Origin: Myxococcales bacterium
GTDB lineage: Bacteria > Myxococcota_A > UBA9042 > JABWCM01 > BTVJ01
DNA: 64,000 nt
Assembly (NCBI GenBank): GCA_045863395.1
Contig: BTVJ01000003.1
Coordinates: 64,001-128,000 of the forward strand
Reading direction: 5' to 3'
In this document: one piece after another, positions 1-7,991 of the stretch
Numbering within the stretch: the first letter of the stretch is position 1
How the letters are laid out: every line of letters begins with the position of its first letter
The notes under the pieces: generated by a model
Database searches by the model: none
What the model was told of the DNA's origin: nothing
Seen by the model: only the letters and a program-made list of their open reading frames with translations
Made by a program: the position numbers and the translations under genes

Positions 1-815
1 GTCGTGCCCCCGACCCGGCGGAAGGTGGAGGTGTCGAGGACCCGCAGGAGCTTCACCTGCGTGGCGGCGTTCACCTCGCCGATCTCGTCGAGGAAGATGG
101 TCCCGCCGTTGGCCACCTCGAAGAGGCCGGGCTTGGCGGCGGTGGCCCCCGTGAAGGCGCCGCGCTCGTGGCCGAACAGCTCGCTCAGCAGCAGCTCGTC
201 CTGGAGCGCCGCGCACTCCACCACCACGAAGGGCCGCCCACGGCGCGGGCTCTTGGCGTGGATGAGCTTGGCCATCACCTCCTTGCCGGCGCCGGTCTCG
301 CCCGTGATGAGCACGGTGGAGCGCTGCGGCGCCACCCGGGCTGCCAGGTCGACGACCGCGCGGAAGGCGGGGCTCGCGCCGACGAAGCTCTCGCTCGGGT
401 CGAGGGGGGCGAGGCCGCGCTCCAGGATCACGTTGCGGTCCCGCAGCTTCTGGCACTCCAGGGCGCGCTCGATGCGCAGCTCCAGGTCGTCGGTGGGGCA
501 CGGCTTGCCCACATAGTCGAAGGCACCGAGCCGCACGGCGCGGATCGCGGTGTCGATGGTCCCGTGCCCCGTCAGCATGATCACGGAGGCGTCGGGGCAG
601 AGTCGGCGCAGCTCCTCGAGGACCGCCAGGCCGTCCATGTCGGGCAGGCGCAGGTCCAGGAGCACCACCTGGGGCAAGGTCGCGGCCAGGCGGATCGCCG
701 CCCGGCCATCGGCCGCGGGGGTCACCTGGTAGCCGCGGGCGCCGAGCTCCGCCGCGAGCACGATGCGAAACGCATCGTCGTCATCCACCAGGAGAATCGA
801 CGGGAGCTCAGGCAT
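1..815 (-). CDS. Sigma54-dependent (NtrC-family) response regulator, truncated by window edge
   Basis: Not in the ORF track; translated by hand from ATG at 815. Receiver domain [17 protein letters not shown]...[13 protein letters not shown]...GKP, then AAA+ motifs [22 protein letters not shown] and [10 protein letters not shown]. The start overlaps the kinase stop. Confidence 0.95.
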   Translation of the reverse strand, partial: MPELPSILLVDDDDAFRIVLAAELGARGYQVTPAADGRAAIRLAATLPQVVLLDLRLPDMDGLAVLEELRRLCPDASVIMLTGHGTIDTAIRAVRLGAFDYVGKPCPTDDLELRIERALECQKLRDRNVILERGLAPLDPSESFVGASPAFRAVVDLAARVAPQRSTVLITGETGAGKEVMAKLIHAKSPRRGRPFVVVECAALQDELLLSELFGHERGAFTGATAAKPGLFEVANGGTIFLDEIGEVNAATQVKLLRVLDTSTFRRVGGT

Positions 816-2670
816 GGGCGTCCTCCTGGTGGGCCACGAAGCGAGCCGGGAAGCAGAGGTGGAAGGTGGCGCCCCCGTCACCGTTCGCGAGGCGCAGGTC
901 GCCTCCCCACCCTTGGGCAAAGTCTCGCGACAGGAAGAGGCCGAGGCCCGTGCCCCCCTCGCGCCCGCTGAAGAACGGGTCGAAGATGCGGGCGCGGTCG
1001 GTGGGGCGGACCCCGCAGCCCGTGTCCTGCACGACGACGCGCACCTCCTGGTCCACCTCGATGGACACGGCGACGCGGCCCCCCCGCGGGCACGCCTGGA
1101 TGGCGTTGATGAGCAGATTCATGAGCACCTGCTGGACGTGCGACTCGCTCGCCCGCACGGTGACTGGGGTCTCGGGGTGGGCAGCGACCAGCTCCACCCC
1201 CCGCTCCGCGGCGGTCGGCGCGATCAGGCGCTGCGCGGAGGTGATCGCCTCGCCCAGCTCCAGCGCGTCCTCCGTCGAACCGCGGCCGCCGCGGGCCAGC
1301 CGCAAGAACTGCTGCGTGATGCCACGGCACCGGAGCACCTGCTCACGGGCGATCCCGGCCACCTGCAGGAGGCGCTCTGGAGATGTCTCACCACGCTCGG
1401 CGCAGCGCACCACGCTGTCGAGGCACACGAGGATGGTCCCGAGCGGCGTGTTCAGCTCGTGGGAGAAGCCCGACGCCAGCATCCCGAGCGCCGCCAGGCG
1501 CTGGGACTCGATCATGCGCGCCTCCGTGGTGCGGCGCGTGGTGATGTCGCGCCACACCTCCACCACATAGAGGGGGTGGCCCTGCGCGTCCCGGATGGTG
1601 GACGCGCGCACCTCCTCGTAGCGCCGCTGCTCGTCTTCGCCGTGGAGCGCGACGATGTTGGTGTGGGAGGTTCCTGCGGCGAGACACAGCACGGCGGGGC
1701 AGCTCTCGTGCTGGCAGACGTCCCCCGTGAGGCTGCGGCAGGGCGCCCCGACGGCCGCCTCCCTGCGCTGCCCGATTCGCCGCAGGAACGAGTCGTTGGC
1801 CGCGACGACGCGAAAGTCGGGGCTCAGCACGACGATGCCGTCGTCGATGCCGTTGATCACCGCCTCGAGCTGCTCCCGCTGCTCCCGGACACCCCGCAGG
1901 AGCGTGGTCACGGAGTCGGCCATGGTGTTGAACTCGCGGGCGAGCCAGCTCAGGGTGTCGTTGCCGTTGACCGGGATGCGGCGGTCGAACTCACCGGCGG
2001 CGATCTGCCGCGCGGTCGTTTCGAAGCGCTGGAGGCGCCGCAGCACCACCAGCCGGACGATGAACCCGACGCCCCCGAGGATCACCAGGGCGAGCACCGC
2101 CGTCCCAGCCACCATCCACCCGAGATCCGCGTCGATGCCCGCGCGGATTCGCCCCGCGTCGATGTCCACGACGAGGATGCCGTTGACCGCGTGGTCGGGG
2201 GAGTGGCAGCCGTGGCAGGCCACCTCGTTGCGGATAGGGGTGACGGTCCTTAGAACCTGCCCGCCGTGGGCCTCGATGACGCGGCTCGTGTCACGCTCGC
2301 CGGCCGGCCGGTCGTGGCAGGCGCGGCACGTGGGGGACGTGGGCGCCAGCTCCTGATCCCGCGTGGGCGGGTGGCTGCTGAAGCCAACCTGGCCGTGGCG
2401 GTCGAGGATCATCACGCCGTCGATGGAAGGGTCGCTCGCGAAGCGCTGGATCATGTGCGCCAGCAGGCTCCGGTCGTTCTCCGCCATCTGATGTTCCAGA
2501 GCGATGCGGATCATCTCCGACTGGGAGGTTGCGGTGCGCCTCGCGGCCTCCAGCAGCCGCTCGTAGTGGTGGGATGCGTACAGAGCGGCGCCCACGGACG
2601 TCGCGGCGACCACGATGACCACGACGCCGATGGTCCCGAGGACCATGGTGTTCCGAAGGCGCGCCCTCAT
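808..2670 (-). CDS. Membrane sensor histidine kinase: periplasmic domain with two c-type heme motifs, HAMP, Cys-rich PAS, HisKA and HATPase
   Basis: Two TM helices flank CRACH and CHGCH. Also HAMP ([10 protein letters not shown]), H-box (SHELNTPL), N-box ([13 protein letters not shown]) and G-boxes (DTGCG, GTGLGL). Start set at ATG 2670 behind GGGAGA. Confidence 0.93.
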   Translation of the reverse strand: MRARLRNTMVLGTIGVVVIVVAATSVGAALYASHHYERLLEAARRTATSQSEMIRIALEHQMAENDRSLLAHMIQRFASDPSIDGVMILDRHGQVGFSSHPPTRDQELAPTSPTCRACHDRPAGERDTSRVIEAHGGQVLRTVTPIRNEVACHGCHSPDHAVNGILVVDIDAGRIRAGIDADLGWMVAGTAVLALVILGGVGFIVRLVVLRRLQRFETTARQIAAGEFDRRIPVNGNDTLSWLAREFNTMADSVTTLLRGVREQREQLEAVINGIDDGIVVLSPDFRVVAANDSFLRRIGQRREAAVGAPCRSLTGDVCQHESCPAVLCLAAGTSHTNIVALHGEDEQRRYEEVRASTIRDAQGHPLYVVEVWRDITTRRTTEARMIESQRLAALGMLASGFSHELNTPLGTILVCLDSVVRCAERGETSPERLLQVAGIAREQVLRCRGITQQFLRLARGGRGSTEDALELGEAITSAQRLIAPTAAERGVELVAAHPETPVTVRASESHVQQVLMNLLINAIQACPRGGRVAVSIEVDQEVRVVVQDTGCGVRPTDRARIFDPFFSGREGGTGLGLFLSRDFAQGWGGDLRLANGDGGATFHLCFPARFVAHQEDAHA

Positions 2671-2739
2671 GCTGGATCTCCCGGGTCGGGTTGCACCCTC
2701 CTGCGCCAGATGCAAGGCCCGATCCAGACAACGATATCC

Positions 2740-2769
2740 AGTATTGCCGTCCTGGGCCGCCCCAGTCAA
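2740..2769 (-). promoter_or_regulatory. Possible sigma70-type promoter for the kinase/regulator operon
   Basis: TTGACT-N18-AATACT on the minus strand, about 70 nt upstream of the ATG at 2670. Confidence 0.35.
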
Positions 2770-2790
2770 TCGAAGAGTAAGGGTGCCCGG

Positions 2791-2829
2791 CCTGACACCC
2801 TGTCAGGCGTGTCCTGACAGGATGTCAGG
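2791..2829. promoter_or_regulatory. Tandem palindromic operator pair (putative enhancer/UAS for the sigma54 activator)
   Basis: CCTGACA-CCC-TGTCAGG (2791-2807) and CCTGACA-GGA-TGTCAGG (2813-2829). Both have perfect 7-bp arms, with centres 22 bp apart. Confidence 0.8.
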
Positions 2830-2915
2830 TGGCAGTGCACGTGGGGCGGCTGCCGGGGGAGGGGAGAGCGTGCGAAGGGCTGATATTTCGGGCGCTTCAT
2901 CGCGATTCGTCCCGT

Positions 2916-2931
2916 TGGCGCGAACCGTGCA
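2916..2931 (+). promoter_or_regulatory. Sigma54 (-24/-12) promoter
   Basis: TGGCGCG-AACC-GTGCA against the consensus TGGCACG-N4-TTGCW. GG (2917-18) and GC (2929-30) are at the exact spacing, 40 nt upstream of the ATG at 2972. Confidence 0.75.
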
Positions 2932-2971
2932 AATGACGCCTTCCAGCAACTCAAACCGACAGGAGTCACCC

Positions 2972-3289
2972 ATGCTGCTCACCATCGCAATCGTCGGAGC
3001 CGCGGTCCTGCTGGTGACGGTCGGCATCGCTGCCGCCGCCCATGATCCCCACCCGCTGGACGCCCAGAGAGCGCAGCCGCGTGCGCCTCACGTCCTCGAT
3101 CAGACGGGGCCCTCGCGGTTCTTCGTGGACCAGCCGGTCCAGGCCACGGAGGTGGACGTCCCTGTTGCGCTGCTGCTCGCGCGCCTGGAGCAGCACATCC
3201 GCTACGAGGAGGCGGCGGTCGAGGCGTTCCTCCACACCCCCGAGAGGGAGACCCTGTACAGCGAGACCAGCTCGAACTGGGTGAACTGA
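2972..3289 (+). CDS. Small (105 aa) membrane-anchored or exported hypothetical protein
   Basis: AGGAG RBS at 2961. Hydrophobic N-terminus MLLTIAIVGAAVLLVTVGIAAAA. The stop lies 1 nt before the next ATG. Confidence 0.75.
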   Translation: MLLTIAIVGAAVLLVTVGIAAAAHDPHPLDAQRAQPRAPHVLDQTGPSRFFVDQPVQATEVDVPVALLLARLEQHIRYEEAAVEAFLHTPERETLYSETSSNWVN

Positions 3290-3290
3290 G

Positions 3291-4313
3291 ATGGCGCCCG
3301 AGCTGCAGAGCTGGGAGCTCCTCGGGGGGCTCGACGCGGCGGCGGCCGAGCGGGTGCGCGCCCTCGGGGAGCGCATCAAGATCCCGAGCGGTCAGGTCCT
3401 CTTCTCTCTCGGAGAGGCCGCTGACCGCCTCTATGTGGTGGAGTCGGGGCGCATAGGCCTCTTCATGCCTCTGAGCGTCCGGGGCGAGGAGCAGACGCTC
3501 CTGGTGGGAGAGCTCTCCCGCAACCAGCTCGTCGGGTGGTCGGGGCTCGTGGCTCCCTACCGCTTCACCCTCGGTGCTCGCGCCCTGGTGGACAGCGAGG
3601 TGGTCGCGCTGGCGCGATCACGCATCGCGGAGCTGGTCGCTCACGAGCCTGGGACGGGTGTCACCCTCATGGGGAACCTGGCTGCCATCGTGGCGCGGCG
3701 CCTCCAGAAGGTGCACGCCATGTGGGTGCGCGAGGTGCAGCGCTCGGTGGACTCCCGGTTCGGCGCGGTGGGGCTCCTTGCGTTCTTCCTGACGCTGGGG
3801 CTGCAAGGCGCCTGCGGCGAGGGCGGGCACGAGGGCCGGATCCCCCCGGCGGCCTTGGAGGCGGAGGCCGTGACGGCGCCCGCCTTCGACCCGGACCACC
3901 TGGAGGTCCCCCCGCCCCCTTTCTCGGAGGGCGTCTTCCCGTGCATGGACTGCCATGAGGATCAGGAGACCAACCGCACGCGGAGGACGCTGACCGAGGA
4001 GCACACCAACATCGTGCTGACCCATGACGAGGAGCACCGGTGGTGTCTCGACTGCCACGACGCGGACGACCGGGACAAGCTGCACCTGGCGAGCGGCGAG
4101 CTGGTCGGCTTCGACGAGTCCTATCGCCTCTGCGGGCAGTGTCACGGGGACAAGTACCGGGATTGGAGGGCCGGGGTCCACGGCCGTCGAACCGGATACT
4201 GGAATGGAGCCAAGAAGTACCTGCTCTGCGCCCACTGTCACGACCCGCACTCGCCGCGCTTCAAGCCGATCCCGCCGAAGCCGGCTCCTCACCGGCCCCT
4301 GGCGATCCTCTGA
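3291..4313 (+). CDS. Cyclic-nucleotide-binding-fold domain fused to a tetraheme cytochrome c
   Basis: N-terminal cNMP/Crp-type effector fold (GQVLFSLGEAADRLYVVESGRI...VGWSGL), a hydrophobic segment, then CMDCH, CLDCH, CGQCH and CAHCH. Confidence 0.88.
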   Translation: MAPELQSWELLGGLDAAAAERVRALGERIKIPSGQVLFSLGEAADRLYVVESGRIGLFMPLSVRGEEQTLLVGELSRNQLVGWSGLVAPYRFTLGARALVDSEVVALARSRIAELVAHEPGTGVTLMGNLAAIVARRLQKVHAMWVREVQRSVDSRFGAVGLLAFFLTLGLQGACGEGGHEGRIPPAALEAEAVTAPAFDPDHLEVPPPPFSEGVFPCMDCHEDQETNRTRRTLTEEHTNIVLTHDEEHRWCLDCHDADDRDKLHLASGELVGFDESYRLCGQCHGDKYRDWRAGVHGRRTGYWNGAKKYLLCAHCHDPHSPRFKPIPPKPAPHRPLAIL

Positions 4314-4329
4314 CCCGGGAGACTCCACG

Positions 4330-5226
4330 ATGAAGCCCCTAGAGACACCCGTGCCTGCACCAACGGCCAAGGTCGGGCGGCGCAAGTTCTTCGCCGACGT
4401 GGCGCAGGCCGCGGCCGCCGGGTTCCTCCTCACCTCGTGCGGGCCGCGGCGCCTCCACGAGCTGCCCAAGGACGCGCTCATGGCGCGCATCGCCGAGCTG
4501 GAGCGTGAGGCGCGTGACGCGGTGGGGACCGAGGTGCGCATCGGTAGCGAGGGCGCCATGCCCGGCGTGCGTTTCGCCTACGCCCTCGACCTGTCCCGCT
4601 GCGTGGGCTGCCGCCGCTGCGTCTACGCCTGTGCGGAGGAGAACAATCTGTCTCGCGATCCCCAGATTCACTGGATCCGTGTCGCCCAGATGGAGAAGGA
4701 GCGCGGCGTCGACTTCTCCCACGCCAACTTCTACTACGAGCCGGAGACCGTCCCCGAGAAGGACCACGTCTACGTGCCCGTCGCCTGCCAGCAGTGCCGG
4801 AAGCCGCCCTGCGTCAAGGTGTGCCCCGTCGGCGCCACGTGGAAGGAGCCCGACGGCATCGTGGTCGTGGACTACGACTGGTGCATCGGCTGCCGTTACT
4901 GCATGGCGGCCTGCCCCTACGGGGCGCGGCACTTCAACTGGAGGGCGCCCAAGCTGGAGACCGCGGACGTCAACCCGGAGACGCACCTCTACGGAAACCG
5001 CCCCCGGCCCAAGGGCGTCGTGGAGAAGTGCACCTTCTGCATCCAGCGCACCCGCAAGGGGCGCTACCCGGCGTGCGTCGAGGTCTGTCCGGCGGGCGCC
5101 CGCAAGTTCGGCAACATCCTCGACCCGGGCAGCGAGATTCGCCACATCATCGAGCACAAGAAGATCCTGGTCCTGAAAGAGGAGCTCGATACTCTCCCAA
5201 GCTTCTATTACTTCTACGGAGCGTGA
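4330..5226 (+). CDS. NrfC/PsrB/QrcC-family 4x[4Fe-4S] electron-transfer subunit, Tat-exported
   Basis: Twin-arginine GRRKFF followed by LLTSC. Cys motifs CVGCRRCVYAC, CQQCRKPPCVKVCP, CIGCRYCMAACP and KCTFC...PACVEVCP. Confidence 0.92.
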   Translation: MKPLETPVPAPTAKVGRRKFFADVAQAAAAGFLLTSCGPRRLHELPKDALMARIAELEREARDAVGTEVRIGSEGAMPGVRFAYALDLSRCVGCRRCVYACAEENNLSRDPQIHWIRVAQMEKERGVDFSHANFYYEPETVPEKDHVYVPVACQQCRKPPCVKVCPVGATWKEPDGIVVVDYDWCIGCRYCMAACPYGARHFNWRAPKLETADVNPETHLYGNRPRPKGVVEKCTFCIQRTRKGRYPACVEVCPAGARKFGNILDPGSEIRHIIEHKKILVLKEELDTLPSFYYFYGA

Positions 5227-5235
5227 GGTGCCCCC

Positions 5236-6498
5236 GTGTGGACTCTGCAGATGTTTGGCCGGTTCGTCTGGGGCAGCGCCCAGCGTGTCCTGAGCGGAAA
5301 CGCCCTCTACTGGGGGTGGATGCTGCTGCTCATGGCTCTGATCGTCCAGGGAATCTTCGCTTACGCGACCCAGGTGGAGACCGGCCTCGCCGTGACCGCC
5401 ATGCGGGACCAGGTGAGCTGGGGATTCTACATCGGGACGTTCACCTTCCTGGTGGGTGTCGCCGCGGCGGCGGTCGTTCTGGTGATTCCCGCGTATGTCT
5501 ACGACTGGAAGCCCATCCGTGAGATCGTGATCATCGGTGAGCTGCTCGCCGTCAGCTCCATCGTGATGTGTCTCCTCTTCGTGTTCGTGGACATCGGGCG
5601 CCCGGACAGGGCGTGGCACCTCATGCCGCCCTTCGGCGAGCTGAACTTCCCGAGCTCGCTGCTCGCCTGGGACGTCATGGTGCTCAACGCCTACTTCCTC
5701 GTGAACTTCGCGGTGGTCACGCACCTGCTCTACCGGGCGTTCACCGGGCGCCCCTACTCCAAGAGGTTCGTGGTGCCGCTGGTGCTGCTGTCGATCCCCA
5801 TGGCGATCGGCATCCACACGGTGACCGCCTTCCTCTACAACGGCCTGGCGGCACGCCCGTACTGGAATGCGTCGATCCTGGCCCCCCAGTTCCTCGCGTC
5901 CGCCTTCTCGTCGGGGCCGGCCATCCTGATCATCGTGCTGCAGCTCCTCCGCCGCTTCACGCGCTTCGAGATTCGCAACGAGGCGATCTGGAAGATCGCG
6001 GAGCTCATGGCCTACGCCATGTTCCTCAACCTGTTCTTCCACGGCGCGGAGGTCTTCAAGGAGTACTACTCCGACACCCACCACGTGCTCTACACCAAGT
6101 ACTTCTACCAGGGCATCGGAGAGCACCAGACGATGGTCCCCTATGCCTGGACCGCGGTGGGCCTCAACCTCGGCGCCTTCCTGCTGTTCATCATCCCAGC
6201 GGCCCGCAAGCGCTGGCTCACCCTGAACCTCGGCTGCCTCGCAATCTATGCCGGGGTCTTCATCGACAAGGGCATGGGCCTGATCATCCCGGGCCTGACC
6301 CCAGACACCCTCGGGGAGATCTACGAGTACGCCCCCTCCCTCGCCGAGCTGCGGGTGAGCGCTGGCATCTTCGCGGTCGGCTTCCTGCTCTTCACGTCGA
6401 TGCTGAAGGTCGCCGTACCGATCGCCCTCGGCGAGTTCGTGGTCTCGCCGCGCCCCGAGGCGAAGAAGCCGTCCGTGGTCGGAGGTGTGCCCGCATAG
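5236..6498 (+). CDS. NrfD/PsrC-family polytopic membrane quinol-interacting subunit
   Basis: About 10 hydrophobic helices. Motifs VSWGFYIGTFTFLVGVAA, DIGRPDR, SLLAWD and HTVTAFLY; follows the NrfC-like gene. Confidence 0.92.
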   Translation: MWTLQMFGRFVWGSAQRVLSGNALYWGWMLLLMALIVQGIFAYATQVETGLAVTAMRDQVSWGFYIGTFTFLVGVAAAAVVLVIPAYVYDWKPIREIVIIGELLAVSSIVMCLLFVFVDIGRPDRAWHLMPPFGELNFPSSLLAWDVMVLNAYFLVNFAVVTHLLYRAFTGRPYSKRFVVPLVLLSIPMAIGIHTVTAFLYNGLAARPYWNASILAPQFLASAFSSGPAILIIVLQLLRRFTRFEIRNEAIWKIAELMAYAMFLNLFFHGAEVFKEYYSDTHHVLYTKYFYQGIGEHQTMVPYAWTAVGLNLGAFLLFIIPAARKRWLTLNLGCLAIYAGVFIDKGMGLIIPGLTPDTLGEIYEYAPSLAELRVSAGIFAVGFLLFTSMLKVAVPIALGEFVVSPRPEAKKPSVVGGVPA

Positions 6499-6510
6499 TG
6501 GGGGTCAAGT

Positions 6511-7929
6511 CTACTCAGTTCTCATATCCCCCATGTCGGCGATGACGTGGGCGACGCAGGCGGAGAGGGCCTTCGCCATGGGGAGGTGGAGGAACTCGTT
6601 GGGGCCGTGGGCGTTGGACTTGGGGCCGAGGACGCCGGTGATCAGAAACTGGGCCTGCGGGAAGCGCTGGCCGAGCATCGCCATAAAGGGGATGGACCCC
6701 CCCTCGCCCACAGCGGCGGGCTCCTTGCCAAAGAAGGCCTCGCTGGCCTCTCGGATCGACGTGTCGAGCCACTCGGCGGTGACCGGCGCGTGCCAGCCCC
6801 AGGCGCCGTCCTCCGGGTGGAACCGCACCCGCGCTCCGTAGGGCGGATCCGCCTCCAGGACCTCACGGACGGCCTCTGCGCCTGCGGCCGGGTCCACGCC
6901 CGGCGGGATGCGGATGGACAGCTTCAGCGCGGTGTACGGCCGGAGCACGCTGCCGGCCTTGCCGACTGGCGGCACCCCGTCCACGCCGACCACCGACAGG
7001 GTCGGTCGCCACGTGCGGTTCAGGATCAGCGTCGCCGGGTCATCCGACATGGCCCGCATGCCCTCGACGAAGGGGTATTTGGCCTCCACGTGCCCGAGCA
7101 CCCGCGCCGCCTCGTCTGCCTGCTCCACGCGAACAGGCGGAATCTCCGTCCTCAGGGCAGGGACGAGCAGCTCACCGCTATCCGGGTCCTCCAGGCGGTC
7201 AAGGACGCGCCGTAGCACGCGGAAGCTCGATGGGACGATGCCGCTCGCATCGCCGGAGTGGAAGCCCTCGGTCAGGACGTCCACCCGCAGGGTCCCCACC
7301 ACGAGGCCGCGCAGCGACGTGGTCATCCACAGGCGCTCATAGTCGCCGCAGCCGCTGTCGAGGCAGATCACCAGGTCCGGCGTGCCGATCCGATCGGCGG
7401 CAGCGTCGATGTAGGCCGGCAGGTCCGGGGACCCACTCTCTTCGCTGCACTCGATGAGGGCGACCAGGCGGGGAGTCGGGGCCCCTTGCCGCTGCAGGGA
7501 CTGCACGGCGGCGCCGATGGCGAACACCGCGTAGCCGTCGTCGGCGCCGCCGCGCCCATACAGCCGATCACCGCGCCGCACGGGCGTCCACGGTCCGAGG
7601 CCCTCCTCGGTGAGCCACCCGTCGAAGGGCGGCTGCTTGTCCAGGTGTCCGTACAACATGACGGTGCCCGGTGTCGTACCCTCCACCTCGATCAGGAGCA
7701 GCGGGGTGCGGCCCGGCAGGCGCAGCACGTCCACGGAGGCCCCAGCGAGGCCGAGCCCCTCGACCCAAGCCCGAGCCAGCTCGACGGCCTTGTCCATGTG
7801 GCCGTGCTGCGCCCACTCGGGATCGAACAGCGGGCTCTCGTTGGGGATGCGGATGTACTCGGTGAGCGCCGGGATGATCGACGTCTCCCAGAGGTGCTCG
7901 ACGATGCTGCGTGTGGTGGTGGTGTTCAT
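6511..7929 (-). CDS. M20/M25/M40 family metallopeptidase (DapE/ArgE-like dipeptidase)
   Basis: Motifs YGHLDKQP, GRGGADDG, EESGS, GGSIP and NAHGPNE. The real start is taken as MNTTTTRS (7929); the track's upstream extension is a shadow of the neighbouring gene. Confidence 0.92.
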   Translation of the reverse strand: MNTTTTRSIVEHLWETSIIPALTEYIRIPNESPLFDPEWAQHGHMDKAVELARAWVEGLGLAGASVDVLRLPGRTPLLLIEVEGTTPGTVMLYGHLDKQPPFDGWLTEEGLGPWTPVRRGDRLYGRGGADDGYAVFAIGAAVQSLQRQGAPTPRLVALIECSEESGSPDLPAYIDAAADRIGTPDLVICLDSGCGDYERLWMTTSLRGLVVGTLRVDVLTEGFHSGDASGIVPSSFRVLRRVLDRLEDPDSGELLVPALRTEIPPVRVEQADEAARVLGHVEAKYPFVEGMRAMSDDPATLILNRTWRPTLSVVGVDGVPPVGKAGSVLRPYTALKLSIRIPPGVDPAAGAEAVREVLEADPPYGARVRFHPEDGAWGWHAPVTAEWLDTSIREASEAFFGKEPAAVGEGGSIPFMAMLGQRFPQAQFLITGVLGPKSNAHGPNEFLHLPMAKALSACVAHVIADMGDMRTE

Positions 7930-7991
7930 GGCCGCGACTTTACCGTCACCGCTCGGTCCCTGCAATGCCGCGAGCAGCTCACGCGCCGGCG

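Noticed and set aside
3291..6498. DsrJOP, Nrf nitrite reductase or polysulfide reductase assignment
   Set aside because: There is no dsrMK, no NrfA-type CxxCK protein and no molybdopterin subunit in the window, so only family-level calls are supportable.
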